A stretch of 64,000 nt of DNA from positions 1,280,001-1,344,000 of the forward strand of contig OZ241322.1 of assembly GCA_965199715.1 (NCBI GenBank). The letters run 5' to 3'. Of the stretch, positions 46,051 through 57,001 are shown in pieces (the stretch's first letter is position 1; every line of letters starts with the position of its first letter). The DNA comes from Vicinamibacteria bacterium. Lineage in GTDB: Bacteria > Acidobacteriota > Vicinamibacteria > Marinacidobacterales > Marinacidobacteraceae. The notes beneath the pieces were generated by a model. The model ran no database searches, was not told where the DNA came from, and saw only the letters and a program-made list of their open reading frames with translations. A program made the translations under genes and the position numbers.

Positions 46051-46551
46051 TCAGACGCCGATGAACTGCGCGTTCACTGTTCGGTCGCGCGGCCCGTCCA
46101 ATTCGGCGAACAGGATGCTCTGCCACTGGCCCATGTTGAGCTGGCCTTCCTGGATCGGGATCGTGACGTTGTTGCCGAGCAGCGTCGCGCGCAGGTGAGC
46201 GGCGGCGTTCTTGCGCTCGCAGTCCGACACGTCCTCCCAGTTGTGCAGGTATCCGGCGTCGCCTTCCACGAGCCTCTCGAGGAACTCGTTCAGATCGGCC
46301 ATCAGGGCGGCCTGGAACTCATTCAGGAAGATCGCGGTCGTCGTGTGGAGGGTCGAGAGCACGAGGAATCCGGCGCGGATGCCGGACGCCCGGGCGTGGT
46401 CGCGAACCCGCTCGCTGATGTTGTGAAGCTCCACCCGCGAGCCGGTCACGACCTTGAAGGTGCGGGCCATGACCTTCATCTGGCCTCGCGCCTCCACGGC
46501 GCCGCTCCCGGGCTTCTTGGCTGGCGCTATCGCTACGTTGGCCACGGACAT
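46051..46551 (-). CDS. yjbQ: YjbQ (UPF0047) family, secondary thiamine-phosphate synthase-like
   Basis: HTTTAIFLNE, NAAAHLRATLLG and GQWQSILFAELDGPR motifs. A GAGGAG RBS precedes the ATG at 46551; the alternative start is 46479. Confidence 0.9.
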   Translation of the reverse strand: MSVANVAIAPAKKPGSGAVEARGQMKVMARTFKVVTGSRVELHNISERVRDHARASGIRAGFLVLSTLHTTTAIFLNEFQAALMADLNEFLERLVEGDAGYLHNWEDVSDCERKNAAAHLRATLLGNNVTIPIQEGQLNMGQWQSILFAELDGPRDRTVNAQFIGV

Positions 46552-46565
46552 GGGTACACTCCTCA

Positions 46566-46620
46566 GCGTTTGTGTTTGTCGGCGGAAGGGACTTGCCTGC
46601 GAGTGTATCAACACAAACGC
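46566..46620. promoter_or_regulatory. 11-bp perfect inverted repeat in the divergent yjbQ/glcD intergenic region
   Basis: GCGTTTGTGTT (46566-46576) and AACACAAACGC (46610-46620), with a 33-nt spacer. Confidence 0.5.
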
Positions 46621-46643
46621 AACCGCGTGCGCAAGCGGCCCCG

Positions 46644-48058
<1,415 letters not shown>

Positions 48059-48068
<10 letters not shown>

Positions 48069-49159
48069 GCCGCGTCGTCCGGCCCGGCGACGAAGCCGGG
48101 GTCGCCGCCGCGCTCGCAGCCGGCGAGAAGACGCTGATCCAGGGGGGCGGAACGCGCTCCGGCCTCGGGGCGCCGGTCGATCGGGCCGACGTGCGACTCT
48201 CGATGACCGGACTCGCCGGGATCGTGGAGCACCACGCGAGCGACTTCACCGTCGAGGCGTGGGCGGGCACGACGGTGGCGGCGCTGAACCGGGAGCTCGC
48301 GGCGAGCGGACAGTTCCTGCCGCTGGATCCGCCCCTGCCGGAGCGAGCCACGCTCGGCGGCGCGATCGCGGCCGGCGAGACCGGCTACCGGAAGGCGCCC
48401 GGCGCGCGGGCGGCGGACCTCGTGCTCGGGCTGCGGGCCGTCCTCGGCGACGGAACCCCGATCCGCTCCGGCGGCCGGGTCGTCAAGAACGTCACCGGGT
48501 ATGACCTCGGGCGCCTCTTCACCGGGTCGCTCGGAACGCTGGGGGCACTGACCCGGGTCACGCTGCGGCTGCGCGCCCTGCCCGAGGCGTCGCGCACGGT
48601 CCTGCGGAAGCTCCCGCCCGACGATGCGTTGGAAACGTTCGTGGAGCGGGTCGTCGCGGCCATGGCCGAAGAACCCGAAGCGGTCGCCGTCGCGCCGGGT
48701 CAGGACGGCTTCGTCCTCGCGGTCCGCACCGAGGGCCTTCGGGAGGAAGCCGCCGCCGGGCTCCCCGGTCCGGGAATCGAGGACGAGGACGACTTCTGGG
48801 CGCGCGTGCGCGACTTCCCGGTCGAGGAGCCGCGCCGGTTGGGAGCGTTCGGACTGCGCGGCGCCGGCAGCCGCGTCGCCGTGCTCGAAACGGCGTGGCG
48901 CTGGGCCGAGTGGGGACCGGCGCTCGCGCTTCCCGCGGTTCCCCGGGCGTACGCGGCGATCCCTCCGGCCCATCTGGACGCCGCGCTGCGGGCGGCCTCG
49001 GTCCCGGTCGCGATCGAGAGCGCGGCGCCGGGAATGGCCCCGGAGAACCCGTTCCACCCGCCGCCGGCCGCTCCGGTCGCCGCGCTGATGCGCCGGATCC
49101 GGATCGCGCTCGACCCTCGGGATACGCTCGCGCCCGGACGATTCCCGTGGACCCGATGA
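48059..49159 (+). CDS. glcE: Glycolate oxidase subunit GlcE
   Basis: QFLPLDP, ATLGG, GGRVVKNVTGYDL and GSLGTLG motifs; lies between glcD and glcF. Confidence 0.88.
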
Positions 49160-50421
49160 ACCCCGAGCGCCAGAAGCTCTACGAGCAGACGCTCGCCTGC
49201 GTCCACTGCGGGCTGTGCCTCTCGGCGTGCCCCGCCTACGAGAACTCGCCCCGGGAGTCGCTCGCGCCCCGGGGCCAGGTGTTCAACGCCCGGGCGTTGC
49301 TCGAAGGCCGGCTGGAGCCGAGCGCCGGACTCGCCGACGAGCTCTACGAGTGCCTCGCCTGTCGGGGCTGCGAGACGGTCTGCCCCGCCGGCGTCCGGGT
49401 CGGGGCCATCGTGGAGGGCGCCCGCGGACTCCTCGCCGAGGAGGGCAGCGAGCCCCGGCTCACGCGGCTGATCCGCCGCCTTGCGCTCGGCCAGCTCGTG
49501 GCGCGTCCCGCCGCGCTGCGCCTCGCGATGGCCTCGCTGCGCCTCGCCGACCGCCTCGGCCTGCGAACGCTCGCCCGCCGGGTTCTCCCCGGGCGGCTCG
49601 CGTCCGGGGAGCGGCTGCTGCCGCGCATCCCCAAGCGGACGCCGCTGCCCCGAACCAGCGCGCCGGCGGGCGGGAGCCGGGGCCGGGTCGCGCTCTTCGC
49701 CGGCTGCGTCGCGCCGCACCTGCGGCCGAAGACCTCGCTCGCCGCGATCGAGGCGCTGACGCGCAACGGCTGGGAGGTTCTCGTCCCCAGGGGGCAGCAG
49801 TGCTGCGGGGCGCTCCACCTCCACGCCGGGCTTCCCGAAACGGCCCGGAAGCTGGCCCGGCGGAACCTCGCGGCGTTCCCGGCTGGGGTCCCGGTCGTGA
49901 CCACGGCGGCCGGGTGCGGCGCGGCGCTCGCCGAGACCGGCGAGCTTCTGGACGCTCCGGAGGCGCGCGCGTTCGGGGAGCGGGTGCGGGACGTCTCGGC
50001 GTTCCTGTGCGACGAGGGCTTCGAAGCTCCCGCGGCGCCCCCGAGGGACGGCCGGACGCGGGTCGTGTACGACGCGCCCTGCCACCTCTTCCACGCCCAG
50101 CGGGTGCGGGAGCAGCCGGTGAGGATCCTCGAGTCGCTCCCCGGCGTGGACCTCGTGCCGACCATGGACTCCGAGCGCTGCTGCGGCAGCGCCGGGATCT
50201 ACAACGTCACTCGTCCGGAGACCTCGATGGCGGTCTTGGACCGGAAGATGGCGGGGGTCGCCCCGGCGCGCCCGGACCTCATCGCCACCGGCAACATCGG
50301 ATGCCACCTGCAGCTTGCCGAGGGCGTCCGCCGCGCCGGGCTAGAGGCCGAGGTGGCCCATCCGGTGGAGCTGCTGGCGGACGCCTACCGCCGCTCAGGG
50401 CCTGAGAACGAGCTTCCCTGA
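49156..50421 (+). CDS. glcF: Glycolate oxidase iron-sulfur subunit GlcF
   Basis: CVHCGLCLSACP, CLACRGCETVCP and two CCG domains (QCCGALH, RCCGSAGIYN). Confidence 0.92.
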   Translation: MNPERQKLYEQTLACVHCGLCLSACPAYENSPRESLAPRGQVFNARALLEGRLEPSAGLADELYECLACRGCETVCPAGVRVGAIVEGARGLLAEEGSEPRLTRLIRRLALGQLVARPAALRLAMASLRLADRLGLRTLARRVLPGRLASGERLLPRIPKRTPLPRTSAPAGGSRGRVALFAGCVAPHLRPKTSLAAIEALTRNGWEVLVPRGQQCCGALHLHAGLPETARKLARRNLAAFPAGVPVVTTAAGCGAALAETGELLDAPEARAFGERVRDVSAFLCDEGFEAPAAPPRDGRTRVVYDAPCHLFHAQRVREQPVRILESLPGVDLVPTMDSERCCGSAGIYNVTRPETSMAVLDRKMAGVAPARPDLIATGNIGCHLQLAEGVRRAGLEAEVAHPVELLADAYRRSGPENELP

Positions 50422-51366
50422 GGTCGCGCGGCTCTCCAGCAGCCGGTGCGCCTCCGCCGCCTCGGCGAGCGGCAGCTCCCGGTCGATCGTGACCCGGAGC
50501 TTTCCCTGGGCGACGGCGCCGAACACTTCGCCCGCCCGCCATGCGATCTCGTCCGGCGTGCTCAGGTAGTGCGGGAGCGAGGGCCGGGTGAAGAACAAGG
50601 AACCCGACGAAGCCAGCAGCATCGGCTCCACCGCCGGGACCGGCCCCGACGACTGCCCGAAGCAGACGAGCATGCCGCGCGGACGCAGCAGCGCGAGGCT
50701 CTTCCTCCACGTGGTCTTGCCGACCGAGTCGTACACGACCGCGAGCCCGCCGTCGCCGAGCTTCTCCCGGATCGCCTCCTCGAAGTCCACCTCGGTGTAG
50801 CGGATCACGTGGTCGGCCCCGGCCGCCCGCGCCGCTTCGGCCTTGGCCTCGGTGGAGACGGTCGCGTACACCTCGGCGCCGAGCGTCCGGCACATCTGGC
50901 AGAGCAGGAGGCCGGTTCCGCCAGCGGCCGCGTGGATGAGCACCGGATCGCCGGACTGGACGCGGTACGTCGAGCGGACGAGGTAGTGCGCGGTCATGCC
51001 CTGGAGCATCACCGCCGCCACATGCACCGGGCTGGCTCCCGGGGGCAGCTTCATCACCACCGGCCGGGGGAGGACGGCGCGCTCGGCGTAGTTCCCGTGC
51101 ACCGTGAGGATGCCCACCCGGTCGCCGGGCGCGACATCCGCGACCCCGTCGCCGACCGACTCCACGATCCCCACGCCCTCGCCGCCGGGGGTGAAGGGCA
51201 GCGGCAGCGGGTAGAGGCCGGTCCGGTGGTACACGTCGATGAAGTTCACGCCGACGGCTTCCATCCGGACAGCTACGTGGCCGGGCCCCGGCGGCGGCGA
51301 CTCGACCTCCTCGAACGAGAGGACCTCGGGGCCGCCGCAGTTGTGGACGCGAATGGCCTTGTGCAT
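50395..51366 (-). CDS. qor: NADPH:quinone oxidoreductase (zeta-crystallin/Qor)
   Basis: GVNFIDVYHRTGLY, QGMTAHYL, HAAAGGTG, VYDSVG and GSLFFTRPSL motifs. Confidence 0.93.
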   Translation of the reverse strand: MHKAIRVHNCGGPEVLSFEEVESPPPGPGHVAVRMEAVGVNFIDVYHRTGLYPLPLPFTPGGEGVGIVESVGDGVADVAPGDRVGILTVHGNYAERAVLPRPVVMKLPPGASPVHVAAVMLQGMTAHYLVRSTYRVQSGDPVLIHAAAGGTGLLLCQMCRTLGAEVYATVSTEAKAEAARAAGADHVIRYTEVDFEEAIREKLGDGGLAVVYDSVGKTTWRKSLALLRPRGMLVCFGQSSGPVPAVEPMLLASSGSLFFTRPSLPHYLSTPDEIAWRAGEVFGAVAQGKLRVTIDRELPLAEAAEAHRLLESRATSGKLVLRP

Positions 51367-51373
51367 GGGGCGC

Positions 51374-51383
51374 ATCCTACAAT
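51374..51383. promoter_or_regulatory. Overlapping divergent -10 hexamers for qor (TAGGAT, minus) and uvrC (TACAAT, plus)
   Basis: ATCCTACAAT; the hexamers lie 7 nt and 8 nt from the respective start codons, and neither gene has a Shine-Dalgarno sequence. Confidence 0.6.
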
Positions 51384-51391
51384 TTCCGGCA

Positions 51392-53227
51392 GTGCCGAAC
51401 GCCGCGCTCGAAGCGAAGATCGCCCGGCTCCCGACCGGGCCCGGCGTGTACCTGTTCCTGTCGGCGGGCGGCGAGACGCTGTACGTCGGGAAGGCGCGCG
51501 GCGTGCGCGCCCGGGTGATGTCCCACTTCCGCGCTCCGGGCGCCGACGCCCGCCGGGAGCGGATGCTGGAGCGGATCGCGGACATCGAGGTCGTGGTCAC
51601 CGATTCGGACCGCGAGGCGCTGCTGCTCGAGAACAACCTCATCAAGACCCGGTCGCCCCGCTACAACGTCCTGCTGCGCGACGACAAGAACCCGCCGATG
51701 GTGCGGCTCACGATGCAGGAGACCTACCCCCGGGTCCACATCGTGAGGGGGGCGGGAAGCGACGGCGCGACCTACGCCGGGCCGTGGTACCCGGCGAGCC
51801 TCGCGCGGCGCAGCATGAGCCTCGTCCACCGGCTCTTCGGCATCCGGAACTGCCGCGAGCAGTTGAACGGGCGCCGGGCCCGCCCCTGCCTCCAGCACCA
51901 GATCCGCCGCTGCGTCGCGCCCTGCGTCGAGACGGTGACCACGCTCGAAGAGTACCGCCGGACCGCGGACGAGGCGCGCCTGTTCCTCCTCGGACGCACC
52001 GCCGAGCTGACCGCCTCGCTCACCCGGCGGATGCGCGACGAGGCCGAGGCCGAGCGCTTCGAGGAGGCGGCGCGCCTGCGGGACAGCCTGCGCATGCTCG
52101 CCGAGATCCACGACCGCCAGAAGATGGCCGGCGCCGACGGCCGGTCGCGCGACGTCTTCGGCTACCACCGGGAAGCCGACCGGGCGCACCTCCAGGTGTT
52201 CCTCGTCCGGGGCGGCAAGGTCGTGGACCGGGACAGCTTCGCGCTCTCGCGGCTCCTGGTTCCCGAGGACGAGGACCTGGTGCAGGCCGCGATCAAGCGC
52301 TTCTACGCCTCCGGCCGCACGCCGCCGGCGCGGATCGAGGCGCCGGTGGACTTTTCCGACCGCGAGCTGCTCGAGGAGTGGCTCTCGGAGCAGCACGGCG
52401 GGAAGGTCTCGATCCTCGTGCCGGTGAAGGGCGCGCGCCGCCGGATGGTGGATCTGGTGTGCCGCAACGCCCGGATCGCGTTCGACCTCGACTTTCGCGA
52501 GGCGGGCCGGCGCGGCCGGGCCCGCGTCGGAGCGCTGCAGGCGGCGCTGAGCCTCGCCGAACCGCCCCGCAGGATCGAGGCGTTCGACGTCTCGGGCTTC
52601 CACGGACGCGAGATCGTGGCCTCGATGGCGGTGTTCGAGCGGGGCGAGCCGCTCCCGTCCGCCTACCGGCGGTTCCGCATCCGCAGCGTGCGCGGCACGT
52701 CGGACGACTTCGCGTCGATGCGCGAGGCGGTGCTGCGCCGGTATCGCCGGGTGCTCACCGACGGGCAGGAGCTGCCCGACCTGATTCTCGTGGACGGAGG
52801 CCGGGGCCAGCTCTCCTCGGCGGCTTCCGCGCTCCACGATCTCGGCCTGACCCATATCCCCCACGTCGGCCTCGCGAAGCGCGAGGAGGAGATCTTCGTG
52901 CCGAACTCGCCGGATCCCTTGCGCCTCGAGCGGAGTTCGCCGGCGCTCCAGTTGCTCCAAGCGGCGCGGGACGAGGCGCACCGGTTCGCGGTCACCTTCC
53001 ACCGCAAGACCCGCAAGGAGTCCACGCTGCGCTCGGCGCTGGACGCGGTCGCCGGGATCGGCCCGAAGCGGCGCCAGGCGCTGCTGTCCCGGTTCGGGAG
53101 CCTCCGCCAGATCGCCGAAGCCCCGGAGGCCGACCTGGCCGGGCTCGTCGGACCGGCGCTCGCGAGCCGGCTGAAGAGCCGCTTCGGCGCGCCCGGACCC
53201 GAATCTGATAGGGGGTCCGCTCCCTAG
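51392..53227 (+). CDS. uvrC: Excinuclease ABC subunit C
   Basis: GIY-YIG (PGVY, LYVGKA, ALLLENNLIK, PRYNVLLRDDK), the Cys cluster, FEEAARLRD, RIEAFDVS, LVDGGRGQL, RDEAHRFA and HhH GIGPKR. Confidence 0.97.
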   Translation: MPNAALEAKIARLPTGPGVYLFLSAGGETLYVGKARGVRARVMSHFRAPGADARRERMLERIADIEVVVTDSDREALLLENNLIKTRSPRYNVLLRDDKNPPMVRLTMQETYPRVHIVRGAGSDGATYAGPWYPASLARRSMSLVHRLFGIRNCREQLNGRRARPCLQHQIRRCVAPCVETVTTLEEYRRTADEARLFLLGRTAELTASLTRRMRDEAEAERFEEAARLRDSLRMLAEIHDRQKMAGADGRSRDVFGYHREADRAHLQVFLVRGGKVVDRDSFALSRLLVPEDEDLVQAAIKRFYASGRTPPARIEAPVDFSDRELLEEWLSEQHGGKVSILVPVKGARRRMVDLVCRNARIAFDLDFREAGRRGRARVGALQAALSLAEPPRRIEAFDVSGFHGREIVASMAVFERGEPLPSAYRRFRIRSVRGTSDDFASMREAVLRRYRRVLTDGQELPDLILVDGGRGQLSSAASALHDLGLTHIPHVGLAKREEEIFVPNSPDPLRLERSSPALQLLQAARDEAHRFAVTFHRKTRKESTLRSALDAVAGIGPKRRQALLSRFGSLRQIAEAPEADLAGLVGPALASRLKSRFGAPGPESDRGSAP

Positions 53228-53240
53228 AATTCCGGGGAAG

Positions 53241-54236
53241 ATGGCGAGGCGACCGCGGCTCTTCTCCGGGATGCGGCCCACGGGGTCGTCGCACCTCGGC
53301 CACTTCGTCGGGGCGTACCGCAACTGGGTCGCGATGCAGGACGACTACGAGGCGTTCTACTGCATCGTGGACTGGCACGCCCTCACCACCGACTACCGGG
53401 ACACGTCGGAGCTCGACGCGAACGCGCTGGAGATCGCGACCGACTGGCTCGCGGTCGGCCTCGACCCGGACCGCAGCGCGCTGTTCGTGCAGTCCGCGGT
53501 GAAGGAGCACGCCGAGCTGCACCTGCTGCTGTCGATGGTCACGCCGATCCCGTGGCTGGAGCGGGTGCCCACCTACAAGGACCTGATGCGGGAGCTGAAG
53601 GACCGCGACATCCACACCTACGGATTCCTCGGCTATCCGGTGCTCCAGGCGGCGGACATCGCGCTCTACGACGCGGCGGTGGTGCCGGTGGGCGAGGACC
53701 AGAAACCCCACGTGGAGCTGACCCGCGAGATCGTCCGGCGGTTCAACTCGGTCTTCGGCGAGGTTCTCGTGGAGCCGCAGGTGCGCCTCACCGCGACGCC
53801 CCGGCTGCCCGGCACCGACGGACGGAAGATGTCGAAGAGCTTCGCGAACGTCATCGGGATCGCCGAGGAGGAGCCCGACCTCCGCCAGAAGCTGAAGACG
53901 ATGCAGACCGATCCGGCGCGGATGCGGCGCCGCGATCCGGGGAACCCGGACGTCTGCCCGGTGTTCGACCTCCATCGGATCTTCTCGGACGAGGAGACGC
54001 GGGCGTGGGCCGCGGAGGGCTGCCGGACCGCCGGGATCGGCTGCATCGAGTGCAAGAAGGCGCTCGCGGACCGGGTCGCCGTCGAGATGCGGCCCATCGC
54101 CGAGCGCCGCCGCCGTTACGAGGCCCGGCCCGACGACGTGCGGGACGTGCTCGTCGCCGGGCGGAAGACGGCCGCCGAGGCGGCCGCCAAGACCATGGAG
54201 CGGGTGCGCAGCGCCGTGAGGCTGCCGGCGGGATGA
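53241..54236 (+). CDS. trpS: Tryptophanyl-tRNA synthetase
   Basis: SGMRPTG, HLGH, YPVLQAADI, VPVGEDQ and KMSKS motifs. Confidence 0.97.
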   Translation: MARRPRLFSGMRPTGSSHLGHFVGAYRNWVAMQDDYEAFYCIVDWHALTTDYRDTSELDANALEIATDWLAVGLDPDRSALFVQSAVKEHAELHLLLSMVTPIPWLERVPTYKDLMRELKDRDIHTYGFLGYPVLQAADIALYDAAVVPVGEDQKPHVELTREIVRRFNSVFGEVLVEPQVRLTATPRLPGTDGRKMSKSFANVIGIAEEEPDLRQKLKTMQTDPARMRRRDPGNPDVCPVFDLHRIFSDEETRAWAAEGCRTAGIGCIECKKALADRVAVEMRPIAERRRRYEARPDDVRDVLVAGRKTAAEAAAKTMERVRSAVRLPAG

Positions 54237-55009
54237 CGCTCCTCTACCTCCCCGAGACGATCGCCGCCGCCCCCTTTCCGGGGTACCGCATCCGCATTCC
54301 GGGCCACGGCTTCGACGGCCCGCTCGACGTCCTTGTCCGCATGGTGCGCGAGGGCCGCGCCGATCCGCTCGAGATCCAGGTGGCCGCGATCACCCGGCAG
54401 TATCTCGAGACGATGCAAGTGATGGAGACGCTGGACCTCCAGGTCGGCTCCGAGTTCCTGCGGCTCGCGACGGTGCTGGTGCGAATCAAGGCGCGGCGGC
54501 TCCTGCCCCGGCCGTCGGGGGGAGACGCGCGCACGGAAGAGGAGCTGCTCGCCGACCTGAACGCGCGGCTCGCCGAGTACGCCCGCTACCGCGAGGCGGC
54601 GATCTCGCTCCGGCGAAGCCTCGAGACCCGCGGCGCCATGTGGGTCCGGCCCCGGACGGCGGACGTCGGCGCGCCGCCGCCTGCCGAGACCCTGGCCGAG
54701 GTGGACCTCTTCGCGGTCGTCGAAGCGTTCCGCCGGGTGGCCGAGCGGGCGCGGGCGCGGCCCCGGGTGCGCCCGCCCCGGGAGGCCATCTCGGTGGCGT
54801 TCGTCATGCGGCGCATCGAGGAAGCGGCGCCGCCCGGAGTCCGGCGCGACTTCGAGGACCTCTTGGAGGCGGTGCTCGCGGGCCAGGTGGAGCGGTCGGC
54901 GCTGATCGCGGCGTTTCTGGCGGTACTGGAGCTCGCCCGCCGCCGCCGCATCATGGTGGTGCAGGATCTTGACTTCGGACCCATCTGGATCGTCGGACGC
55001 GAGCCCTGA
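54233..55009 (+). CDS. scpA: Segregation and condensation protein A (kleisin)
   Basis: FDGPLDVL, IKARRLLP and FLAVLEL...QDLDFGPI motifs. Confidence 0.9.
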   Translation: MTLLYLPETIAAAPFPGYRIRIPGHGFDGPLDVLVRMVREGRADPLEIQVAAITRQYLETMQVMETLDLQVGSEFLRLATVLVRIKARRLLPRPSGGDARTEEELLADLNARLAEYARYREAAISLRRSLETRGAMWVRPRTADVGAPPPAETLAEVDLFAVVEAFRRVAERARARPRVRPPREAISVAFVMRRIEEAAPPGVRRDFEDLLEAVLAGQVERSALIAAFLAVLELARRRRIMVVQDLDFGPIWIVGREP

Positions 55010-55532
55010 GCTCGCCGCCGCCCTCGAGGCCCTGCTGTTCGCGCACGGCGCTCCCATCGCCGCGAAGGGGCTGGCGACGGCGCTCGACAAGGATCCCGAC
55101 GCGGTCCGCAAGGCGCTCGTCTGGCTGGAGGCGCGCTGCGACCTGCCCGGCTCCGGGCTGAGGCTGGTCCGCGTGGCGGGCGGCTACCAGTTGGTCACCC
55201 GCGCCGAGCATCGGGACGCGATCGCCCGGCTGCTCGCGCCCAAGAAGGAGGGGTCGCTGTCCCCGCAGGCGATGGAGACCCTGTCGGTGATCGCCTACCG
55301 TCAACCGATCACGATGCCCGAACTCAACGACCTGCGCGGGGTGCATTCGCAGGCGGTGGTGGGCACGCTGATGCGCGAGCGCCTCGTCGAATCGCGCGGG
55401 CGCAAGCCGGTGGTCGGGCGGCCGCTGCTCTACCGGACCACGCCCCTGTTTCTCGAGCGGTTCGGCCTCGACCGGATCGACGATCTGCCGCAGCTTCGGG
55501 AAGTGGGGGGCGAGGAGCCCGAGGAATCCTGA
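54969..55532 (+). CDS. scpB: Segregation and condensation protein B
   Basis: LEALLF, VAGGYQL, ETLSVIAYRQPIT and GRPLLYRTT..FLERFGL motifs. Confidence 0.95.
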   Translation: MTSDPSGSSDASPELAAALEALLFAHGAPIAAKGLATALDKDPDAVRKALVWLEARCDLPGSGLRLVRVAGGYQLVTRAEHRDAIARLLAPKKEGSLSPQAMETLSVIAYRQPITMPELNDLRGVHSQAVVGTLMRERLVESRGRKPVVGRPLLYRTTPLFLERFGLDRIDDLPQLREVGGEEPEES

Positions 55533-57001
55533 TGACGTCCGAACGGCTCCAGAAGCTGATCTCCGGTGCCGGCGTCGCTTCGCGCCGGGCCGCCGAGAGG
55601 CTCATCGCCGAGGGCCGGGTGACCGTGGACGGAGAGGTGGTCCGCGCTCGGGGCGTTCGGGCCGATCCCGAACGGAACGACATCCGGGTGGACGGGGCGC
55701 GAGTGCGGCCCGCCCGCAAATCGCGGCGCTACGTGGTCATGAACAAACCCATCGGCGTGCTCACGACGCGCTCGGATCCGTCGGGCCGCCCGACGGTGAC
55801 CGGGCTCCTGCCGCCGGGGCTGCGCTCGCTCTACCCGGTGGGGCGGCTGGACGGCGCGACTTCGGGGCTGCTGCTGCTGACCGACGACGGCGAACTCGCC
55901 GAGCGGGTCGCGCATCCGAGGTACGAGCTGCCCAAGATCTACTACGCGACCGTGCGCGGGCTACCCGAGGAGAGCGTGCTCGAGCGGGCGCAGAAGGGCG
56001 TGCGCGTGGACCGGCAGCCCCTGCGGCTCGACAAGGTGGAGGTGCTCGCCCGCTATCCGCACCGGGCGGAGAAGAAGAACCGCGCCCGGCTGCGGATCAC
56101 GCTGCGGGGCGGGCGCAACCGCGAGATCCGGCGGGTGCTCTCGGTGTTGGGACACCCGGTGATGGAGCTGCACCGGACCCGGATCGGAAGCCTCGCGGAC
56201 CGGGGCCTCGCTCCCGGCAAGTTCCGCAAGCTGGCGCTGGAGGAGGTCGAGGAACTGCGAAAGCAGCTCGGCTTCGTCCCTGCGCCGACGGCGGAGCCCG
56301 AGGCGGAACCCGCCCCCGCCGGGCCGCCGCCCTTCGTGATCGCGATCGACGGACCGGCCGGGTCGGGCAAGACCTCGCTCGCCCGGGCGGTCGCGGGGCG
56401 GGGCGGACTCGCGTGGTTCAACACCGGAGCCGCAGTGCGGGCGGTGGCGCTGCTCGGCCTGCGCCTCGGCATCCCGCTCGACGACCCCGACGCGCTCCGG
56501 CCCCTCGTCTGGCGGGTGTTCCTCGGGACCGACGGGACCGTGTTTCTGGACGGGGAGGACGTCTCGGCGGCGGTGCGCGAGCCGGAAGTGGGCCCGGCGG
56601 CGTCGCAAGTCGGCGTGCACCCCGAGCTGCGGGAGCTGTTCGTGGCCCGCTGGCGCGAGGCCGCCGCGGGCGGCGGGGTCGTGGAGGGGCGGGACATCGG
56701 AACCGTGGTGTTCCCCGAAGCGCCGGTGAAGGTCTTCCTCGAGGCGCGGCCCGACGTGCGCGCCCGGCGGCGCTCGAAGGACGAGGGCGGCGACGTGGCC
56801 GACGTTCAGGAGGATCTGAAGAAGCGGGACGCCGCCGACTCCGGCCGCGCCGCCGCCCCGCTCGCCCGGGCGAAGGACGCGCACCGACTGGACACGAGCG
56901 ACCTCACGCTGGAGGAGACCGCCGACCGGGTGCTGGCGCTCGTGGAGGCCGCCCGCGCTGTGCAGAATCGTGACAGAATGTCACGAACTCACCCAGAATG
57001 A
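55532..57001 (+). CDS. rluB-cmk: Fusion of pseudouridine synthase (RluB-like, with S4 domain) and cytidylate kinase (Cmk)
   Basis: ERLQKLI..GVASRR, NKP, VGRLD and GRNREIRR, then a Pro/Ala/Glu linker, then [23 protein letters not shown] and RDAADSGR, all in one frame. Confidence 0.9.
   Translation: MTSERLQKLISGAGVASRRAAERLIAEGRVTVDGEVVRARGVRADPERNDIRVDGARVRPARKSRRYVVMNKPIGVLTTRSDPSGRPTVTGLLPPGLRSLYPVGRLDGATSGLLLLTDDGELAERVAHPRYELPKIYYATVRGLPEESVLERAQKGVRVDRQPLRLDKVEVLARYPHRAEKKNRARLRITLRGGRNREIRRVLSVLGHPVMELHRTRIGSLADRGLAPGKFRKLALEEVEELRKQLGFVPAPTAEPEAEPAPAGPPPFVIAIDGPAGSGKTSLARAVAGRGGLAWFNTGAAVRAVALLGLRLGIPLDDPDALRPLVWRVFLGTDGTVFLDGEDVSAAVREPEVGPAASQVGVHPELRELFVARWREAAAGGGVVEGRDIGTVVFPEAPVKVFLEARPDVRARRRSKDEGGDVADVQEDLKKRDAADSGRAAAPLARAKDAHRLDTSDLTLEETADRVLALVEAARAVQNRDRMSRTHPE
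56968..56986. promoter_or_regulatory. Palindromic operator candidate upstream of the methyltransferase
   Basis: TCGTGACA-GAA-TGTCACGA, a perfect 8-3-8 inverted repeat ending 11 nt before the MTase ATG. Confidence 0.65.

Noticed and set aside
46552-46643. TPP riboswitch upstream of yjbQ
   Set aside because: A GCTGAG is present next to the RBS on the minus strand, but the rest of the TPP aptamer consensus is not recognisable.
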